NCBI GenBank assembly: GCA_051942205.1 | Contig: JAVECO010000009.1 | Span: 186,001 to 236,574 of the forward strand | Reading direction: 5' to 3' | DNA: 50,574 nt | Source: Coniocarpon cinnabarinum | Taxonomy: Eukaryota | Notes under the pieces: model-generated | What the model saw: only the letters and a program-made list of their open reading frames with translations | Told to the model about the DNA's origin: nothing | The model's database searches: none | In this document: piece after piece, positions 33,791-45,900 of the stretch | Layout: each line of letters begins with the position of its first letter | How positions within the stretch are numbered: the first letter of the stretch is position 1 | Translations under genes and position numbers: made by a program

Positions 33791-34735
33791 ATGGCAACAG
33801 CGCCCTTCAGTAGATTCAGACCACGAACAACTCCTATCAGAAGACTACTCAATCACAGAGCCATGTCTAGATTCGAACGACTTGTACGCATTCAAGCCGA
33901 GGGCTACCCAAAGCCGATCTACGCTGATGCCATACTGCCAGATGGTGTGACCGATATCGGGCAAGCCAAGCAGGCGCGTGTGGTCGGATCAAGCATTTGG
34001 ACCGGCGGACAAGTTGTAGACTCGATTGTGGATATCAAGAAATTTCTGCAGCCTATAGAGCAAGGGGCTATTGGTACAGTAAGATGCCTTGGGCTGAACT
34101 ACCGCGAGCATGCGATGGAGAGCAAGATGCCCATTCCAGAGTATCCAATTCTCTTCTACAAGCCCTCGACGGCTCTTGCGGGTCCATTTGATGACATCGT
34201 GGTGCCATCAATCGCTCAGCAAGCTCCAGGAGTTGATTATGAATGTGAACTGGTAGCTATCATCGGAAAAGAGGGCATCAACATCCCAGAAAGTCAAGCG
34301 TTGGATCATGTCATGGGCTACACCGTTGGCAACGATGTCTCGCACAGGGAATGGCAGCTCAAAAGAGGTGGCTCTCAGTGGTCGATGGGCAAGTGCTTCG
34401 ATACGTGGGCTCCGTACGGCCCGGGTATCATCAGCAGCCACCTCATCAAGGACCCCTCGAACTTGACCATATCCACAAAACTCAATGGACAGTTGGTTCA
34501 GCAAAGCAGTACGAAGGACTTGATCTTCAGTATCGCCCAGACCGTTAGCTTCTTGAGCCAGGGCACAACACTTAAGCCTGGAGACATGATCTGGACCGGC
34601 ACGCCGCAAGGTGTAGGAATGGGCAGAAGCCCACAACTTTGGCTCAAGGATTGCGATATCGTTGAAGTCAGCCTGGAGGGCGTGGGCACTTGTGTCAACA
34701 AGGTCCGATATGCGAAGACTGATGCTCGTCTGTGA
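33791..34735 (+). CDS. Fumarylacetoacetate hydrolase family protein (FAHD2-like)
   Basis: CLGLNY..H..E, PILFYKP, DYECEL, NDVSHR, GKCFDT and TGTPQGVG motifs. Confidence 0.95.
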   Translation: MATAPFSRFRPRTTPIRRLLNHRAMSRFERLVRIQAEGYPKPIYADAILPDGVTDIGQAKQARVVGSSIWTGGQVVDSIVDIKKFLQPIEQGAIGTVRCLGLNYREHAMESKMPIPEYPILFYKPSTALAGPFDDIVVPSIAQQAPGVDYECELVAIIGKEGINIPESQALDHVMGYTVGNDVSHREWQLKRGGSQWSMGKCFDTWAPYGPGIISSHLIKDPSNLTISTKLNGQLVQQSSTKDLIFSIAQTVSFLSQGTTLKPGDMIWTGTPQGVGMGRSPQLWLKDCDIVEVSLEGVGTCVNKVRYAKTDARL

Positions 34736-34746
34736 TGTGTTTGTCA

Positions 34747-35863
34747 TTAGTCCTTCGGGCTTGCATGGACCCTCACAATATCTGATACATGATTCTGACT
34801 TGGATCAAAATGCAACGGAGACGTCACAAGGGAGCTGCGCGGATTACCGGCGTCTCCTTGCCCTCCAGGACTCCCCGGCGCTTCAGCAAGACCTCGAGGA
34901 TGCCTCTGCTCGAGTTCAGCAGGGCCAGCAGAACCTGACGGCGACTCTACGACTTTCTCGTGTTGCACCAGGCCCGCAACTACTTCGTCGGATGGATCAG
35001 CTCGTCTATCCGTGGACGTCGTCTGCTGTGGGCCGCTTGGATAGGTGCCGGGTTCCACCAACCCACCATGCACTCGCGGTCTCTTGTACAGCAAGTGAAC
35101 CATTGTTGCAAGCAGGACAAGAAATGGAATGCCGACTCCAAGACCTACTCCCAGACCGACTCCGAGAACAATCTTCGAATCGTGCGATGAAGACGAAGAG
35201 CCAGGCCGTTTACTGCCCGCTGACGTCGCCTTCTTAGGATCCGTGGTGATGTTAAAGTATCCGCTTGCAAGGCTGGACGATTCTGGTCAACATTTGTCCT
35301 GTGCTGGATTTGCTAAAGCAGGAGGCAGGGCGGTAGCCACAAAGATATATCATGCAAGACTCCAAGCGAAGCGGTGGGCAATTGCTGTTTACTCACTTTA
35401 TTTTTTGACCGTCCCAAACATGAAAGTAGAAGACTAGAGGCTTGGAAATGTCAAAGACACTGTCGTATCTATTGTCATCTTAGTGTAAGTGTACTCGGCG
35501 CTGAATGTTGCAGCGACCTCTGGCTCACGTATTCACTGTCCAGTCAAGGGTCACGTTTTGCACATCATTATTGGACGCTTCGCCAACGTTAGCGCAGACA
35601 GTCTTGGAGACTCTGCTCAACATACAAGCTATCTGCAGGTCACCATCGTGATCTGCTTGATATATCCACAAACCCCAATTGGGTGCTCTGGTGTTCAGAA
35701 ACGCAAGAGTTTGGCGGGACCCATTCAGCCATACCGGGTTCTCATCATAGTCACCTAGCACTGCGGCTCCTCCAGGATTGTACCACTGATCTGCAGCACA
35801 AATGCTTGCGAGTAAAGCAGTTATAAGAAGAAGACGATGCACGGAAAGCTCTAGGTAAGACAT
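34747..35863 (-). CDS. Single-pass type I membrane protein, Mid2-like architecture (310 aa, 2 introns)
   Basis: Signal peptide (LLLITALLASICAA). Introns 35528-35469 (GTGAGC..TAG) and 35396-35273 (GTGAGT..CAG) link two track ORFs. Then SGYFNIT, a Ser-rich linker, TM segment IVLGVGLGVGLGVGIPFLVLLATMVHLLY-KR and a cytoplasmic AELE motif. Confidence 0.82.
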
Positions 35864-37814
35864 CTGAAAAGAGTATATCTCCTACATGCACGCACAGCCT
35901 CTCACACCAGATGTGAGACGTGCAGGACGAGCCGGCAATATTAAGTTTCTGTGCGGAAAGGCCTGGACTTGCGTCTCATGAAGTAACGGTCTACCTTTGC
36001 GCACGGCTGCAGCGTCTGCCTATCTTCCTGTTCAAAATAGCTCGGCAAGTCTGCCTGCCAAGCCCTCCTCCGCACACCAACTGGAACAAGCATGGTTTCC
36101 CAATCCTCCGCGTCGCTGCAGGGATGTCGACCCTCCACTTGCGGCGCTTTGGGCTTCATCTGTCTGCCTGCTTGGTCTCTTTGGCTGTTCAGCGGTGGAG
36201 CGTTGCATCTGGTTCCGTCCATGTTGGAATGGTGGGCAACTTGGCTTTTGATCAACACAGGTAGCAAGGTCTATATCGTGCTGATCTTTGCAGTCTATTG
36301 CAATGATCACAGACTCCTACAACATCATATCAGATTCGAGCAACTCTTGCACTGCTTGGCACGTCATGCTGGCCTGCGGATGCTCCGGCTCGCTGCACCC
36401 TCGTCTTAAAGTTTGCTCCCGTCGTCTGTGGACAGACCCTAGCGTGCTGTCGCACAAACCTTATTGTGGTGCACGAGTTCGCGTCCAGCATATCAAGGAC
36501 TACTTTCATCTGTCTCCCCTGAATGACTGTCGCTACACGACCCGGCGCATCCGCGTCACGACCAATGAGCAAAAGCCAGAAATACTCGTCGCCCAGGTCT
36601 CATTCTGCAGAGCATCTGCAACGACATTAGACGCTCATGCTGTATTCTGTGTCGGAATTGCCAATTTCTGAGCAATGATGTATCTGCTATTACGTGGTGA
36701 TGCGCTATACCAGTGTATATGTACATACAGAGGGACATAATCTGGGAGGTGAATAGTGCTTAATTGTACGCTGGGATACTACCTCAAAGCCTCTCACCCT
36801 CTGCGTCTCATTTGCTTGTGCCTTATTTGCTGTCTTATTAGTACGTTCCTACACAGTACCTGAAGCTGGTGTATTGAATGTCTTAAAGGCTTTTAAAGAA
36901 ACGCTACAATGCTGTCAGTTGAGCGTTAACGAAGGCAGCAGACTGTACGCGGCACCTCCGCGCTCAACCGACGCAGCCACCTCACTTATACAATATGATG
37001 AGAATCATGCGATCTCAAGCCTATACCGAGACTTTAGTAAAGGAGATGGGTGGTGGAAGCAATCTGTAGGCTCTCGTGAGGCACCCCGTATCACAGCGCA
37101 GGGACGGTGTATACCTTCATCTTTGGTTTGCAGACAAGCCTGTTTATCCTAGAAGATAGGTGTGCTCAACAATGCATTTGACGACATGCATGAAACTGAC
37201 ATGGCTATTAATACAGCTGTATACAAGTATTCAATACTCCAAACCTCTCAAGGAATCAAGAAGAGTTCAGCGGTTGAAGCGTGTACGTTACTCTGCTTGT
37301 TGCTTGAGGCTTGAGGCTTATTGCTGTTGATATGCTCCTGTTGATGCACGTCTCGCAAGACGTCATGAGTAGCATAGAATCGTGCTTCGTTGAGTCGACG
37401 ACCATGCACCGACGAGTGCTGATTCACAGGCGTGTCTTGCTTTTGGCGCTCAATCCGTGACGTTCGAAGCGGTGTGTGGATGCATTCCTTGGATCAGGCG
37501 CTGCAGTTATTGCTTCTAGCTGACGGAACGGCGTTGAGCAGAGGTTGTTGTGCGATTAGTGCCAAGGACATTGGGAGTGATGCTGATGCAGATCGAGGAA
37601 CCTGACTCATGCATCAAGTCGGTCACTGCATCAAGTCGACAGTGTACCTTCATTTGCGAATCTGCTAGCCGATATGCGTGACTCTAATTGTTGATATTCG
37701 GCATTGACAATGGCGCCGAACCTCATCTGCTCGTCTGTGTGTGGTGTCATTGTCCACAATCGACATGCGACTCTTGTGAGAGTGGTCTCTGCCATGTTGC
37801 CCGTTTCTTTCCCG

Positions 37815-39442
37815 TCAGAATCGCCCCAGCTGCGCAACCAGATCTTGCGCTCTCGATGCACTGTCATCTCTGTCCACGTACAGAGCATTTGACGTGACTG
37901 AAATGCCCTTCGGGCTACCTTTCCGGCTGATGTCTGATGAGATGGAATCCCGATGATCAGAGATGAGCGACAGCACTTGCTCGCGCAATGTCGGCGTAGA
38001 GCAGCAAATAATGACCATCGTGAACTCCTTCGCGATCTTGGTCAACTTGTACTGAGGAAAGTACTCTTGCATATACGCCATGGAAAACTTGCTCACGAGC
38101 AAGATCCGGATTCGAGTTGATCTGTATTCGTTCTTGGGGAAGATCCGAAGGCCCCAGCGTGCCTTCCAAATCATGTCATTGCTCGTATAGAGCTCGCTCC
38201 AGACCAATTCATCGCTGGGGTAGATCATACCTCGTTCCGCGTTGATGGCGATCGCTTCTCTCCAGTCTCGGTATGTCAGGATCCAAATCTGGCCTTTTAG
38301 CTTCCAGCGATCCTGCTGTCCTGCGGCATGGAACGACATCGGGTCTTGTTTGCGATGGAGGTGGCTTTCCCTCCACGCCGCTTCTATTGTTAGGAGGACG
38401 TCTTCAGACTCGGGTTGCAAACGGCTGGGTGCTTGCGGATTGAGCGCATTGATCAGGTTTCTGTGGTTGGTCTCTCGGCCTTGAGAGCGAGCTGTGCTTG
38501 TTTCTTCCTCTCGAGTTTTGGTGTGATTGTCAGCAACGCGTGAACCGCTGACACGGGGTATGATGGAAAACGGTTCGGCAAGGGAGCGTGCCCCGTCTTC
38601 ACGAGACTCGACAATTTGTTCTTTAGTAGATTGAGCCTCTGTGGCATCCAGGTCCGACATATCTAAAAAGCTCGATCTCCCATAGTTCTCGGCACCTTGA
38701 GTAGCCCTGTCTCCGCGGGGAAGTCTCACTTTGAGCGCATTGCGATATACCGTCGAATTCACGATCTCATCGTCAAAAGTAAAATGCTGATACTGAGTGC
38801 TATTCTCCGTGAAAATGCTACATGTCTCACCTACGCTCGATGTCGTTTCGCTGATCGTCTGTCGAACAGATGCGAGAGCTGATGCTTGCTGCTTGAGCTG
38901 ATGCTGCATTTCCTGCGACGTCCATTCTCTGCTCTAGTCAGGACATTGCTGCTGTCACATATGAGCAACACGGATCATCCGTTTACTCACGTCTGTAATG
39001 CTGTCAAGAGCAGGTTCAAAGTCAGCTTTACATTTCGAGTTCGCTCTGAAAGACTGGTCAACGAGGCTTCATTCCAAACGATTCGAATGCAATCTGCAGG
39101 TCCATAGGTCTTCAGTGCCACACCCTCGACAGCCTGTATCTCCCCTGCCAACATGCCGAATACACTTGTGCATCCAGTGAGTGTGACATCGACAAGGTCG
39201 GAAAAGGGATTTGCCGGTCCCGTAAGTCGACCTGAAAGAAGGTCTCCATGGGACAGCAACAGATCTTGGATAAATGAGAGTGCGGCCCTGATTGTTCTGC
39301 ATTCATCTTCCAACAAGGCGATCGTGTGCGGAGCTTCCTGGTACTTGTGTTTAAGCGACTTGCAACCCAGTGCAGCCTTAGACGCGGCTGTCATGAGACT
39401 ACCAACTGCCGTTACGATACCTACAACAGAAGCAGGATCCAT
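37815..39442 (-). CDS. Protein with fungal N-terminal HeLo-like (STAND N-terminal-type) domain (~521 aa, 1 intron)
   Basis: MDPASVVGIVTAVGSL..Y.EAP.TI..L..EC..I..AL..IQ..WNE..L is the typical pattern. Intron 38990-38929 (GTGAGT..CTGAC..CAG) joins to the 364-aa ORF, which contains FTFDDEIVNSTVYR. Confidence 0.8.
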
Positions 39443-40657
39443 TGGTGTTAATGTGGTGAAACAGCCAGGTTATGGTGATGCTTTGCAGATCGATGAAGCC
39501 GCGATTAGCGTCAGAACTGGTGCTCTTCTGAGTGGATTGACCTGCGACAAGAAGTCATTCATCCTGGAAACAGGTCGTGCTCAAGTACGTTGCAGCGAAC
39601 AGACACAGATATACTTTGGGTGTTTGTGACGAACAAAGTGGACTTGAAAGGCAGCTGCCGATATGTGCATTTTCAATACAAAGCTTACGATGGTGTGCGA
39701 GGGAGGCGGTGCGTGCGAAGATTGTCATTTGCCGAACTGGAGCACGGTCCGCAAGGCAAACGTACGGCAAAGATGCAGTAATCAATCAAGGGCGCGCTTT
39801 GCAGATTGGTCGCGCGAGGCAACCTACAGCTCTGGGAGAGCATTGCACAAAGGAGATAGTTGACGACTGGGGTCCAAGTGCCATGAACAGGTTTGTCTTT
39901 TGCTGCCGCGTTAATGCTGCGCAAGTTATTATTGGCCGTTTTCGGTCGTGGACTAGAATACGAAAATGATACATCTATTAGACATTGGCGTTATGCCACT
40001 TTACCAGTAGAGAGAGGTGTTGCTCTAGTAAGGTAACCCGAATGTTGGATTCATCTTTCAGGATACGTGCTCATTCTCCTCAAAACTTGAACGCAGACGA
40101 GAGGCAACTGCCACGGTCAAACACGCGAAGAATATCTTTGCTCGAAGTGGACACCACAAGGCTGAGGGAATTACTGACACGTGTCTCGTTCACATCGTCG
40201 CCGAAATTGTACTCACACAAGTCGACGCCTACACCTCATCCGCGCCGTAACGCTAAGGTGCAAGCTTCCTAAGGGAGTGTTCACTCTCCAGAACCGAAGT
40301 CACCTTGTGACATGGCAACGCGAGCCGCTATGGGAGTGGAAGCGGTGGTCGTGGCGGTTCTGTTGGCTTTTGATCTGGAGAGCAGGAAGGAAAGTTCGTG
40401 TGTCGAAAAGGCTGCAGAGTTTCATTGCCTGGTAGTGTTGCTGACTCTGAGATTGTGGCACCAATAACTTGACTCGTCCTTAGGCGTAGTACGTCATTCC
40501 CGGCGCAAGTTGCAATGAAATGTGCTATCTGAAGCCAACATGCAATAGGCCCGGCAGCGTGACCTCCTAGGCTTTCTTAGTCAATATACAGAGGCGTAGA
40601 GTCTTGCTGCTCATCAGCATCATCAAGCGAGAAAGATTTACATAGCACTTAATTACA

Positions 40658-41472
40658 ATGGCCCGTGAGTCTTGTCTTATTAGTCTTCATCTGCGTTCTC
40701 TCAATTGCTGACTATAGCCTAAAAGCCCCAGACCTGTACAAGGTTCTCGAAGTAAGCTCCTCAGCCAGCCAGCAGGATATTCGCGAGGCCTACAAAAAGT
40801 ACAAAATCTCTTCCCTCGCCATTCTCAACGCCTCACCCCTGACTTCCTCCATCTAGGGCAGCACTAAAGCACCATCCCGACCGCGTCCCTGCCGATTCTC
40901 CAGAACGCGCACAGAAAACGAAACGCTTCCAGCAGATCAATGACGCGTATTACACACTTTCAGATCCCACTCGGCGGCGCGACTATGACAACAGTCGAAT
41001 GTTTACCGGTGGCGGGGGTGACGACGACGACGAGACAAGCGCCAACTCGCCCCCAGGAGGCTTCCCATGGTCGTCATTCGGCTTCGGCCAACAGGAGGCA
41101 GAGGCCAAGAGCAATGAGCAATTCGAAAGCGTTTTCGAGGAGATGATGCAAGATGAAGGGATGACGGAGGGCCAAGAGAAACAGCCGTCTGGCAAGTTTT
41201 GGGGTATAATAGGTGGTGCATCCGGGGCGGCCATGGGCTTCATTGTTGCGAATGCGCCTGGAGCGCTGGCTGGAGCAGTTGCAGGGAATAGGTTGGGTGC
41301 CATTCGAGATGCGAAAGGGAAGTCCGTATATGCGGTATTCCAGGTATGTGGTGGACACCCCCCTGCGTTGATTTTCTTGCTGACAGTACGACAGGAACTT
41401 CCGCAGGGCGACAAGGCGAAGCTACTATCAGAGCTGGCTGCGAAGGTGTTCGCCCAAGCTGTCAGCAATTGA
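40658..41472 (+). CDS. J-domain (DnaJ) protein with C-terminal glycine-zipper segment (214 aa, 3 introns)
   Basis: Introns 40665-40725, 40799-40856 and 41344-41394 give MAPPDLYKVLEV..IREAYKKAALKHHPDR..FQQINDAYYTLSDPTRRRDYD, including the HPD motif. Confidence 0.92.
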
Positions 41473-41541
41473 TGCCGTTCTCATTTTCATGTTCCAGAAG
41501 ATACCCCATGTTACAATATGTCGAAGATGCATTGTGTTCAA

Positions 41542-42534
41542 TCAACGTGTGATAGACGACCCGTCCCTATCAAGTAGCTCACGCGCTGCAATGACCTCTG
41601 CTTCTTCATACCCCTCCCATCCACTCGTCTTCAGCGATGCCTTGCGAACAATTTCTGCAAGTCTTGATGTAGCGAGCTCATTGAGACGCTGTACAGTGGG
41701 AAGGGGTGGTGGAGCAAACTCATCTTCAGTGACCTCCCGAGACACGACCGACGTTGGACTTGTCTTCTGCAGGGTTTGCAAGAGCTTTGAGGTGCTCAAT
41801 TTCATCCCATAATACCCACGTAGGTAGTCTTCACAGAGCTCGACACTACGGCAGAAGCACTTGAGCGCACGTGCAAAGCCCTTCATGAGTGCAGACTCGT
41901 TCGTGGAGGCCGCTGTCGAGATGTACACGATCTCGCCCAATCTTGCATGTATGTTCCAAGCATTTGGCATGATGATCAACGCCTCTTCCAAGCAGTAAAT
42001 TGCCTGCGAGTACAAGGCCTGGGAGAAGTACAACTCGCAAAGCTCCATCCAAGCCTCCGCATCCACAGGATTGACCTCGAGAAAGTCGACCAGTGCTGAA
42101 ATGGCTCCGTCTGCATGACCCATGCTCTTCAGAAGTGCAGCATGGCGCTTGCGGATAATCATGTTCGTTGGCTTCTCTTCCATTGCTTGCTCGTAGGACT
42201 TTAGCATGGCATCAAGGCCTTTCTTATCCGGGACCATCGCCTCGTGGTATAGTCCGACCAGTCCCATTACTCTTTCGTTGTCTTCGCCAAATCGAGCCTT
42301 CAGACGCTCTAAGCATGCAAAAGCAGACTTGTCGTCGCCAGCGCGGAGGCAGGAATAAAATAGATTTTCATGTATTGCCCACTTCTCGGGTCCATCGTTG
42401 GCTACTAAGAGTGATAACGGCCATGGTAGTGACCAAGAGGATTGCTTGCGGAGGATGGCAGGAGCTTGCTGGGACAGACGAAGCGCATCGGCCTCTGAGA
42501 GGTGCGCCGGAGGGCGAAGGAGATCGGTAGACAT
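41542..42534 (-). CDS. EMC2: ER membrane protein complex subunit 2 (TPR protein)
   Basis: W..HE.LF..CLR.GDD..A..CL..L..RF, D.EAW.EL.ELY, AIYCLEE and F.RSVELCEDYLRGYYG, the EMC2/Oca3 pattern. Confidence 0.9.
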   Translation of the reverse strand: MSTDLLRPPAHLSEADALRLSQQAPAILRKQSSWSLPWPLSLLVANDGPEKWAIHENLFYSCLRAGDDKSAFACLERLKARFGEDNERVMGLVGLYHEAMVPDKKGLDAMLKSYEQAMEEKPTNMIIRKRHAALLKSMGHADGAISALVDFLEVNPVDAEAWMELCELYFSQALYSQAIYCLEEALIIMPNAWNIHARLGEIVYISTAASTNESALMKGFARALKCFCRSVELCEDYLRGYYGMKLSTSKLLQTLQKTSPTSVVSREVTEDEFAPPPLPTVQRLNELATSRLAEIVRKASLKTSGWEGYEEAEVIAARELLDRDGSSITR

Positions 42535-42907
42535 CTTGCTTGATTCAATATACGGTACGTTCCATAATCAGGCAGGTTAATAGAGCACGACAGGCTAGCT
42601 TGGCCTTCCAGCGATCAAAAAATGTCTTGGCAATATCAAAACCTCAACAATGTTAACAGAGACCGGCTCTATTATGCTCAATTGATCTCCAACTAGCGCC
42701 GAGAGCTGTTACATGCGAAACCATCTCTAGATTGCAAAGCCTCACTTGCAAATTCTATAGGCCACCTGAAAATACAACCTGCATGACCTGCAGCTCGCTC
42801 GCCACCATCATCTTTCGAGATGCGGCGACCAAAAGAGTGCGAATTGAGTGAAAATACACAGTATCGGGCAAAGTAAAAAGTCTGTGAAGGCTTGCTGCTC
42901 CTTCACG

Positions 42908-45900
42908 ATGTTCGAGAAGTCATTGTTCGACCTCATTCGAGGTTTGCGCAACCACAAGGGCAATGAACGTGCATATATTCAAGACAATATACGAGAATGT
43001 CGGCGGGAGATCAAGGGCCAGGACATGGACTTAAAGGCAACAGCCTTATTGAAGTTGACATATCTCGAAATGTTTGGCCACGACATGTCTTGGGCGTCGT
43101 TCAACGTGCTGGAAGTCATGTCGTCGCAAAAGTATCCTCAAAAGCGTGTTGCATACCTGGCAGCCGTGCAAAGCTTCCGACCGGACACAGAAGTGCTCGT
43201 ACTAGTCGAGAATCAATTGAAGAAAGATCTAGCGTCGCCCATGGCGCCGACCATCTCGCTGCCTCTTGTCGCAATACCACATGTCCTGAACATGTCTATG
43301 GCTAATTCTTTGCTTGCAGACCTTTTGCCACGCCTGTCACATTCTAATCCAATCATACGCAAAAAGACAATTGTGACGTTGTATAGACTGGCGTTAGTAT
43401 ATCCCGAGACTTTGCGGCCGACCTGGCCCAAGATTAAAGAACGCCTACAAGATGAATCAGAAGAGCCAACGGTGACTGCAGCAGTTGTAAACGTTGTATG
43501 CGAGTTGGGTTGGAGAAGACCGCAAGACTTCTTGCCTCTTGCACCAAGACTCTTCGATTTGTTAGTCGAGGGTAACAATAACTGGATGGCCATCAAGATC
43601 ATCAAGTTGTTTGCCATTTTGACACCTTTGGAGCTACGTCTCGTGAAGAAACTTGTGTCTCCACTGACTACAATCATCAAGACCACGCCAGCGATGTCAT
43701 TATTGTATGAGGCTATCAATGGCATCATCAATGGCGGCATTTTGACAGGCGCTGGGGAGTCTACAGAAAGCGATGAGCTCGCTCGTCTTTGCATCAGTAA
43801 ACTTCGTGGCATGCTGGCAGTTCAAGGTGATCCGAACCTGCGCTATGTGGCGTTGCTTGCTCTCGAGAGGATCGTCGAAGCGCAGCCGTATCTGGTGTCT
43901 CTGCACGAGGACGCTATTATGGAGTGCATTGACGACCGCGACATCTCGATCAGACTCCGCGCTTTAGATCTTGCAGCTGGCGTGGTCAACGCTCAGAACT
44001 TAGATCTGATTGTTGACCGTCTCATGAAACAACTTGATTCATCTCCTGTCATGAATCAAGGTGAAGATATTCAAAATATACGAGGTCTGAGCAATGGGAT
44101 AGAACCGTATGCTGACTCAGACGACGAGTCAACTACACGACCGGCAAAACGACAGCCAAAGGCGCAGGATGATCCTCACATGCCCGAGGAATATCGAGTC
44201 AACGTGATTCAGAAGATCCTCAGCATGTGCTCGCGCAACAATTATGAAAACATCGCCGATTTTGCCTGGTACATCACGACCCTTCTTACTCTTTGTCGTC
44301 ACGTACCTATTTCTTCGACTTCTTCATCAGCACAGATACCTTCTGAGTCTGCATCAGTCGCTATCGCTGTTGGCAACGAACTTCAGAATGTAGCCATTCG
44401 AGTCAAAAGTTCTAGGCGTGAAGCAGTTCAAGCTGCTGAAAGCTTCATCCTCGGCGTCGAGCAATTTGCAAGTGCAGGCCAACCCAACCGAGCCAACGGC
44501 ATTCTGGGTCCGATGTCGTGGATAGTCGGCGAGTTCGCAGAAGATCTCTTCAACCCTACAGCCTGTCTAGATGCGCTAGTTCGGTCAGAGAATGCAAAGC
44601 TGCCAGCGGCGACAATGAATGCGGCTATACAAGCATTGGTCAAGATATTCGCGTTCCTCGCTGGCAATGAAAGCCAAGCATGGGATGCAGAGCGAAAGAC
44701 GATGATGACATTGCTCATGTCAAAAATCATTGATTTCTTGAATAACATTGTCGCCCACCCTCACCTAGAGATACAGGAAGCAGGCGTACAGTACTTAGAA
44801 TTGTTTCGGCTTGCAAGCGAGGCCGTCTCCAGCCATGTATCCAAAGATGATATCTATCAGCCCGACCAAGCTCCACTGCTCCTTTGTCAGGCTATACCTT
44901 CACTTTTCAAAGGAGCAGAGTTAAACCCAGTTGCACCTGACGCTCAACGAAAAGTGCCAATGCCGGAGGAACTCCATCTTGACGATCGCATCAACCCACA
45001 TCTAGACAGCTTACTACAGGCTCCAAGTATTGAGACTCTCCTCGATGATGACAACGACTTCGACGACTACTACAGCCGCAAGCCACAAGCATCCCTGGAC
45101 TCCGTTGTTCCCGCCGCAAACAGCTTGCTCTACGCGGACGAAGCCCCTTCATATCAACAGCCAGACAAACGGGATGATGCACTTAGAGCAATTGGCAAGA
45201 AGAAAGCAGGAAGACAGGACTACGTTCGCGATGATCCTTTCTACTTGTCAGGAAGATCCAGCTCAGGCAGTGCCACACCAGTGCACGATATCCTTCGATC
45301 CAACAACGGAGAAGAGCTCGATGTAGATTCGATACCAATCATGGAACTCAATCTTGAAGATACTGGCGATCCGAGCCAGCCGAGCAGGTCAGAAGGTCTA
45401 ACACGCTCGCGACCACATTCAAGTCTCGGTAGGAAGGTGGAGATACTCTCAGATGAGAGCATTGATCAATCTTCTGGGGATGCGAGACCTCCGACGACTT
45501 CAAGACCTTTTGCCCAAAACAGATCAGTGGACAGGGGATTCCTGCAGGTTGACTCTAGTCAGATTGGATCGTTGTCACTCAGTGATACATCATCAAACAC
45601 CAAAGGGAAGAGATCACCGCTCGATGTGGAGCGGCAAGAAGCCGAGGAAGCGGAAATGGCTCAAGCGATGAAAGAGGTCGAACGACTACGACTTGAGATG
45701 CAAAGAGCGCAAGAACGCATTGAGGCTAAGACTGAAACGACAGTCATCAAGAAAAAGAAAAAGAAGGTTGCTTCTAGAGAAGATGGCGGGGCTCCGGAAC
45801 CGGAAGCGCCTAAAGGTGTTAGTACCCTCGGTAGTACTGCTGATCACTCGGGCGAAACGGAACTTGCAAGGCCGGATGAGAAAAAGAAGAAAAAGAAAAA

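Noticed and set aside
35920..37200. Several 90-130-aa ORFs on both strands
   Set aside because: They overlap, are Cys/Arg-rich as expected for random ORFs, and show no domain or consistent splice model.
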